Of a stretch of 14,528 nt of DNA, positions 9,506-14,528 are shown one piece after another. The translations under genes were made by a program, and so were the position numbers. The stretch lies in the UHGV virus genome UHGV-0197628, one strand, 5' to 3'. Under the pieces are notes generated by a model. That model saw nothing but the letters and a program-made list of their open reading frames with translations. It was not told the DNA's origin and made no database searches. Within the stretch, counting starts at the first letter, position 1; every line of letters begins with the position of its first letter. The DNA comes from a virus.

Positions 9506-9551
9506 ATTCGTAATGCGAAGGTCGTAGGTTCGACTCCTATTATCGGCACCA
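9506..9551 (+). tRNA. Partial tRNA-Thr(CGU) gene, 3' 46 nt only (anticodon loop to CCA); att-site direct-repeat remnant, not a functional tRNA
   Basis: attcgtaatgcgaaggtcgtaggttcgactcctattatcggcacca matches the 3' portion of enterobacterial tRNA-Thr(CGU) (thrW) as I recall it, including anticodon CGT, T-arm GGTTCGACTCC and the CCA end. The 30 nt upstream do not encode the 5' acceptor/D arm, so the tRNA is truncated. Confidence 0.75.
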
Positions 9552-9663
9552 TCTCAACTTCCTCAAACGTCCGTATTAGTCCTTAAATCTTCTGATTTAT
9601 AAGGTTTTTTCTTCTTTTAAGTCCATGGTAGTCCGTAACCATCCAGTAGAATCCGGTACTGAA

Positions 9664-9714
9664 TGTGTATAGGATTGTGTATATGTTCCTGTTCGGTCTG
9701 GATTCCTATACACA
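9664..9714 (+). promoter_or_regulatory. Perfect 11-bp inverted repeat (tgtgtatagga ...29 bp... tcctatacaca) spanning the integrase translation start
   Basis: The arms at 9664-9674 and 9704-9714 are exact reverse complements. The right arm ends at the A of the preferred int ATG (9714) and the left arm begins inside the alternative upstream ATG (9663). A partial third copy (ttgtgtatatg) lies at 9675-9685. Confidence 0.4.
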
Positions 9715-10901
9715 TGCCTTTAAACGATATGCAGATTCGCCGCGCTAAACCTGAAGCTAAAGCCTATACACTTGGAGATGGGCAAGGGCTGTCTTTGCTT
9801 ATAGAACCTAATGGAAGCAAGAGCTGGCGGTTCCGCTATCGTTTTGCCGGTAAACCAAAAATGATCTCGCTTGGTGTTTATCCAACAATAACACTTGCCG
9901 ATGCGCGTTCCCGTCGTGACGATGCCCGAAAACTGGTCGCGGAAGGAAAAAATCCGAGCGAGGTTAGAAAAGAGCAGAAAATTGCTTTGCAAACGGAGTC
10001 CGAGAGCGCGTTTGAAAAGATAGCCACAGAGTGGCACCAAATGAAGTCTGCTAAATGGTCGGAAGGATATGCCTCAGACATCATGGAAGCGTTTCAGAAC
10101 GATATTTTTCCTTACGTGGGTACAAGACCAATAGGCGAAATCAAACCGCTAGAACTGCTTAACGTGCTACGTAAAATTGAAAGGCGCGGTGCATTAGAAA
10201 AAATGCGCAAAGTTCGGCAGCGATGTTCAGAGGTTTTTCGCTACGCCATTGCTACAGGAAGGGCTGAGTTTAACCCAGCAGCGGATCTTTCTAGTGCCCT
10301 CGATGTACACCAATCAAATCACTTCCCGTTCCTAAAAGCTGATGAGATACCCGATTTTCTGCGCGCTTTGGATGGTTACACCGGAAGTCGGCTTGTCCTG
10401 ATTGCTACGAAATTACTGATGATTACTGGTGTAAGAACCATCGAATTACGTGCGGCATTATGGTCAGAATTTGATCTAGATAACGCTATTTGGGAAATTC
10501 CAGCAGAAAGGATGAAAATGCGTAGGGCACACCTTGTGCCACTATCTACTCAAGCGTTAGATTTACTCAGCGAAATCAAAATAATGACAGGGAACTATAG
10601 TTATGTTTTTCCGGGACGGAATGATCCGAACAAGCCGATGAGTGAAGCAAGTGTCAATCAGGTAATCAAACGCATTGGTTATAAAAGTAGGGTCACTGGG
10701 CATGGTTTTAGGCACATGATGTCAACTATCTTACATGAGCATGGGTTTGATTCCCGGTGGATAGAGTTACAGCTGGCTCATGTTGATAAAAATACCATTC
10801 GAGGTACTTATAATCATGCGGTCTATCGTCACGAGAGAGCTACTATGATGCAGTATTTTGCTGATTTGCTATTAGGAAAGTCTCATGACAATAATCAATG
10901 A
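9714..10901 (+). CDS. int: Tyrosine site-specific integrase, P4 / CP4-57 family
   Basis: 395-aa product (MPLNDMQIRRAKPEAKAYTLGDGQGLSLLIEPNGSKSWRFRYRF...). It has the N-terminal arm-binding region typical of P4-type integrases and C-terminal catalytic residues in context (...HLVPLS..., HGFRHMMSTILHEHG, LAHVD...RGTYNHAVY). It sits directly downstream of a tRNA 3' fragment. Confidence 0.9.
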   Translation: MPLNDMQIRRAKPEAKAYTLGDGQGLSLLIEPNGSKSWRFRYRFAGKPKMISLGVYPTITLADARSRRDDARKLVAEGKNPSEVRKEQKIALQTESESAFEKIATEWHQMKSAKWSEGYASDIMEAFQNDIFPYVGTRPIGEIKPLELLNVLRKIERRGALEKMRKVRQRCSEVFRYAIATGRAEFNPAADLSSALDVHQSNHFPFLKADEIPDFLRALDGYTGSRLVLIATKLLMITGVRTIELRAALWSEFDLDNAIWEIPAERMKMRRAHLVPLSTQALDLLSEIKIMTGNYSYVFPGRNDPNKPMSEASVNQVIKRIGYKSRVTGHGFRHMMSTILHEHGFDSRWIELQLAHVDKNTIRGTYNHAVYRHERATMMQYFADLLLGKSHDNNQ

Positions 10902-11811
10902 GGTGAATAAATTTGTATCTGTCAACAAGCAAGATTTTGATGCTTGTATTGATGTTGTTGAGCATTTCTTTTGTATCAAATCGCTCTGTGCAGAGGTACG
11001 ATTTCATCATTTGAAGTTTGATGGTAATGGACGACCTATGGTGAAGGCGTTAGCTGAAAAACTTTACGAGTATATAATCGAGTACTGTTTTTCGATGCAA
11101 GATAGATGTGAACCTCTCTCATCTCAACAATGGCTTGCCTTAGCGAAACAGGCTCGTTCATTGTTTAGGCATCCCAAAGTCACAGACGATTCGCCTGATA
11201 AAACAGGCGAGGCTGGCGAAACTTTATTATTTTTCCTTTTGGAAGCTATAATTGGTGCTCCACAGTTAGTGGCAAAAATGGAGCTTAAAACCAACTCGAA
11301 TGATGAGGTAAAAGGTTCTGACGGCATACATATAAAATGGAATGAAACGGATAAAGTTGTTGATTTCTACTTTGGTGAGTCAAAGCTCTATCAGAAAATA
11401 TCCTCTGCAATGGACTCAGCACTTAAAAGTATCGATGATTTCCATACTAATGAAATGTATAAGCATGAGTTTGGTATGGCAACAAAACATTATAAATACG
11501 CTAAGGATGAAGTCAGGGACGCTGTAAGGAAACTATTCGTTTCTGGAGAACCCGGTTCTGATGTTCGTGTTAATCATGCGTGTTTAATTGGTTTTGACTG
11601 GAATGGTTTTGACAAGTTAGATTATGGATCTTCGATTTCTATAAATGAGCAGTTTATTACAGAGTTGACTAACACACTTCCGCAATGGATTGGTCTGTTA
11701 GATGAAAAATTCAGTAGGTTTAACCGTAAATATTTAAGGTTTGATGTTTTCTTTATTCCATTTCCTTCGGTAGTCGATTTTAGAAATGAATTTAACAAGG
11801 CATTAAATTAA
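10885..11811 (+). CDS. PD-(D/E)xK-like nuclease candidate; HamA-like (Hachiman effector) by architecture
   Basis: 308-aa ORF with AGGAAAG 5 nt upstream of its ATG, overlapping the int 3' end by 17 nt. Candidate catalytic triad spacing: E120 (FLLEAIIG), D146 (GSDGIHI), E165-x-K167 (FYFGESKLY). It is followed 2 nt later by a large SF2 helicase gene. Strongly AT-rich. DUF1837 membership could not be verified without an HMM search. Confidence 0.6.
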   Translation: MTIINEVNKFVSVNKQDFDACIDVVEHFFCIKSLCAEVRFHHLKFDGNGRPMVKALAEKLYEYIIEYCFSMQDRCEPLSSQQWLALAKQARSLFRHPKVTDDSPDKTGEAGETLLFFLLEAIIGAPQLVAKMELKTNSNDEVKGSDGIHIKWNETDKVVDFYFGESKLYQKISSAMDSALKSIDDFHTNEMYKHEFGMATKHYKYAKDEVRDAVRKLFVSGEPGSDVRVNHACLIGFDWNGFDKLDYGSSISINEQFITELTNTLPQWIGLLDEKFSRFNRKYLRFDVFFIPFPSVVDFRNEFNKALN

Positions 11812-11813
11812 CT

Positions 11814-14345
11814 ATGTTAAAGATAAATGAGTTGTACTCTAAACTTGTCAAGGTTAGCATTGATAACATATTTGGAGTGGTAGGGGAGTTAAAGGTAAGT
11901 ATTAGTGATATTTATAAGTTATTATCATATGGCTCCATACTGTCTTTGTCAGAGAATGAATCTGACATAAAAAAAGCCTACGACATTGTCAGTAGAGTTT
12001 TAGAATTAGATACTCAGTACGATTCGAACATAATTGCAGCTTGTGATCTTATTTTATCTAGAATCGGAAATTTTCCAGGTAGAGGGTTGCTAAGAGATAA
12101 ATATAATAATGGAGAGTCTCCTTCGCTGAATTTATCACTTTCGCTAGAACGTATTGGGCGTGAAACAGAAAATACATACAATGATATAACTTTGACAAAC
12201 TTCCAATGCAAGTTGCTTAATTCGCTAAGAAAGAATAATTATCTCAGTGTGTCCGCCCCAACGTCTGCTGGAAAATCTTTTGTTCTTTCATTAGCTGTTA
12301 TTGATAAAATTCAAGCTTATGAAAAAGAATGCATTGTTTATGTAGTACCAACTCGTGCGTTAATTAGTGAGGTGTCAAATAAATTTCGTTATGAGTGTAA
12401 ACAAGCAGGGTTAAATAAAGTTATTATAAGAACTGCACCAGAAATAATAGAGAGTAATAGTATAGAACAAGGCTTAATTTATGTGCTCACACAAGAAAGG
12501 CTTGTTAGTTTACTCTCGAATTCTTATGGGAATAGCAATTTCCATATAGATACATTACTCATAGATGAAGCCCATGAAATCCAAAAAGGAAAAAGAGGTA
12601 TAATTCTTCAAAATGCTGTTGAATTAGCTCTTGAAAAACATCCTCATATGCATGTTATGTTTTCCAGCCCTTTGATAAGTAATCCTGATTATTTTTTTTC
12701 AATTTTTAGATGGCGCAAGGATGGTAAGTCATTTATTGAAACTATATCACCTGTTACACAGAATGTTTTACTTGTTAATCAAGTGAAAAATAACACTCAA
12801 GCTATTAACGTAAAGTTAAACAATGAAGATAAACCCATTGATCTTGGGAATTATAATTTAGATTTTGTGTTGCGGGGCAATCGTAAGGTTCAGAAAGCAA
12901 AAATTGCTGAGTTTATATCTCGCTCCGGTGGTGCTGTAATTGTATTTGAAGATACACCGTCTAATGCAGAAGGTGTTGCTATCAATATAGCGGAAAGTAT
13001 TGGTGATACATCTTTACAAGATGATTACGAAGAGTTTGTGTCTTCGATTGAAGAAGAAATGCATGAGCAATATACTTTGATCACATGCTTACGGTCAGGA
13101 GTGGCTTTTCATTATGGGAATATGCCATCTATAATAAGAAATGGGATTGAGTACTTCTTTAAACGTGGCGATATTAAGTTTATAGTTTGTACTAGTACAT
13201 TACTTCAGGGTGTTAACTTACCTGCAAAGCATCTTATTTTAGAGAATCCACACAGTGGTGATGAACCAATGTCAAGGGCTGATTTCTTGAACCTTGCTGG
13301 TAGAGCTGGCCGTTTGAAATATGAGTTTCATGGCAATGTTTGGTGTGTGAGAAGTAATCTTTGGGATAACAAGTCCTTTGAAGGTGATACTCTCCAAACT
13401 ATAACTTCCGCGATGTCAAAAGTTATGGAAGATGGCGGTAGCATCATTTCAAATGCTATTGATAATGTATTTTCCCCAACTGATGACAAGGAATTGGCAG
13501 ACGTTGCATTCGCGCGTTTTTATCAAGAAGTGCAAAGAGATGGTTTTCAATTATCATACTTCTCTGAGTTAGAGGGGGAGGAGTCCAATGAAATGTTGGA
13601 ATATAATTATGATAAAGTTCGACGAATGAAGATAACCATCCCTGAAGAACTGTTGAAATTGAACTCAGGCACGAGACCTGATTACATACAACGACTTTAT
13701 GAATTCTTCACCCAACAGGATGATTTAGATGATTACATTCTGCATAGCCCTTATCAACAAGGAGGGAAAGCAAGAGTAGACCGCGCCATCGAGATTATTA
13801 TTGATATATTCGCTTGGCCGGTTACATTGCAATATGCAAAGTTAATTAGTGTTATGGCTCATCATTGGATGACCTCTCACTCCCTTAAATCCATGATTAA
13901 CTATAAGATTAGAAGTTCTCATGAACTATCAGATATGATTAATCGTGGTGAATCAATTGGTAAAATAAGAAGAAAAACATCCTCTCTTATTAGGGATGTG
14001 CTAAATACACTTGAGAATCAAGTTAGGTATAATTTAGTTCGATATTTAAAAGTATATAGAGAAACTCTTGTCTATGTTCTTATTTCAAAAGGAGAAAAAG
14101 GTAAGGCTGAGAAGGTCGAGAATATTAGTGCCTATCTAGAGTTTGGTTCCTGTAATCCAACTGAATTAAGCCTTATGTCATTAGGCCTTTCTCGAAGTAC
14201 TGCTTTATTTTTAAAAAATAAATTTAATTTCCCGCGGGATTCCTCCCCTGAAGCGTTGATTGAATTTTTATTAACGAAAGATTTGAATTCTAAAAACACA
14301 CCAGAATTTAGAGTTAGAGAAATTAAAGATGTACTTGGAATTTAA
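11814..14345 (+). CDS. Superfamily-2 DEAH-box helicase with ~340-aa uncharacterised C-terminal region; HamB-like (Hachiman helicase) by architecture
   Basis: 843-aa ORF. Walker A is SAPTSAGKS (K154, nt ~12255-12278), motif II is LLIDEAHE (nt ~12561-12575), motif V-like is TSTLLQGVNLP and motif VI is LAGRAGRL (aa ~493-500). The start is 2 nt after the upstream stop. Strongly AT-rich. Confidence 0.7.
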   Translation: MLKINELYSKLVKVSIDNIFGVVGELKVSISDIYKLLSYGSILSLSENESDIKKAYDIVSRVLELDTQYDSNIIAACDLILSRIGNFPGRGLLRDKYNNGESPSLNLSLSLERIGRETENTYNDITLTNFQCKLLNSLRKNNYLSVSAPTSAGKSFVLSLAVIDKIQAYEKECIVYVVPTRALISEVSNKFRYECKQAGLNKVIIRTAPEIIESNSIEQGLIYVLTQERLVSLLSNSYGNSNFHIDTLLIDEAHEIQKGKRGIILQNAVELALEKHPHMHVMFSSPLISNPDYFFSIFRWRKDGKSFIETISPVTQNVLLVNQVKNNTQAINVKLNNEDKPIDLGNYNLDFVLRGNRKVQKAKIAEFISRSGGAVIVFEDTPSNAEGVAINIAESIGDTSLQDDYEEFVSSIEEEMHEQYTLITCLRSGVAFHYGNMPSIIRNGIEYFFKRGDIKFIVCTSTLLQGVNLPAKHLILENPHSGDEPMSRADFLNLAGRAGRLKYEFHGNVWCVRSNLWDNKSFEGDTLQTITSAMSKVMEDGGSIISNAIDNVFSPTDDKELADVAFARFYQEVQRDGFQLSYFSELEGEESNEMLEYNYDKVRRMKITIPEELLKLNSGTRPDYIQRLYEFFTQQDDLDDYILHSPYQQGGKARVDRAIEIIIDIFAWPVTLQYAKLISVMAHHWMTSHSLKSMINYKIRSSHELSDMINRGESIGKIRRKTSSLIRDVLNTLENQVRYNLVRYLKVYRETLVYVLISKGEKGKAEKVENISAYLEFGSCNPTELSLMSLGLSRSTALFLKNKFNFPRDSSPEALIEFLLTKDLNSKNTPEFRVREIKDVLGI

Positions 14346-14528
14346 TATTTTATCGCAATTATTTTGATGCCAATATAAATAATCATTCTCAATGGCGAAT
14401 TGCTAAAGGAAAGTTCATACGATGACCGCGCGCAATGCTCTCCCCGCCACGCCTGCCCGCTTTGTAGGGCAGTTTTCATGCAGGTGCATGAACCGGCTCA
14501 GGCCGCGCCGGTACTGGCGTGGTGGGGA

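Noticed and set aside
9476-9551. Intact 76-nt tRNA-Thr gene
   Set aside because: Only the 3' 46 nt match. The 30 nt upstream (aatgctttgaattagaagcggattcttata) cannot form the acceptor stem or D arm.
9663-10084. int start at 9663 (412-aa version) and antisense ORFs 9720..10040(-), 9878..10084(-)
   Set aside because: The extra N-terminal 17 residues (MCIGLCICSCSVWIPIH) are Cys-rich and overlap the inverted repeat. P4-type integrases begin near the MPLND...IRRAKP motif. The antisense ORFs lie inside int.
11124-12211. Track ORFs 11124..11327(-), 11342..11527(+), 12014..12211(-)
   Set aside because: Embedded within the nuclease-like and helicase genes, out of frame or antisense.
14422-14528. Possible gene start MTARNALPATPARF... 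in the GC-rich terminal patch
   Set aside because: Too short to evaluate. Several frames are open in GC-rich DNA and the translation is Arg/Cys-rich. Left unannotated.

Overview
Mosaic accessory region, read by eye from motifs, gene order and sizes; no database search was possible. (1) nt 1-6293, GC-rich, + strand: late/tail module of a Mu/e14-like prophage. It holds five tightly overlapping baseplate genes (Mu gp44-gp48-like), a tail-fibre gene whose 3' half lies inside a ~1.86 kb Gin/Pin-type invertible segment (two convergent tail-fibre-assembly genes plus a silent alternative fibre C-terminus), and the serine invertase (pin). (2) nt 6294-9505, AT-rich: two minus-strand genes, each followed by a related terminator hairpin. 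One carries a GIY-YIG-type nuclease motif, the other an FRG-type motif; both are candidate anti-phage genes in the slot that mom/mcrA occupy in Mu/e14. (3) nt 9506-9551: 46-nt 3' fragment of tRNA-Thr(CGU), an att-site scar. (4) nt 9714-14345: P4-family tyrosine integrase followed, with a 17-bp overlap, by an AT-rich two-gene operon encoding a 308-aa PD-(D/E)xK-like protein and an 843-aa SF2 (DEAH) helicase. This is the architecture of a Hachiman (HamA/HamB)-type defence system or an undescribed relative, and is the best candidate for the system of interest. The last ~110 nt return to GC-rich sequence. No rRNA, CRISPR array or intact tRNA was seen.
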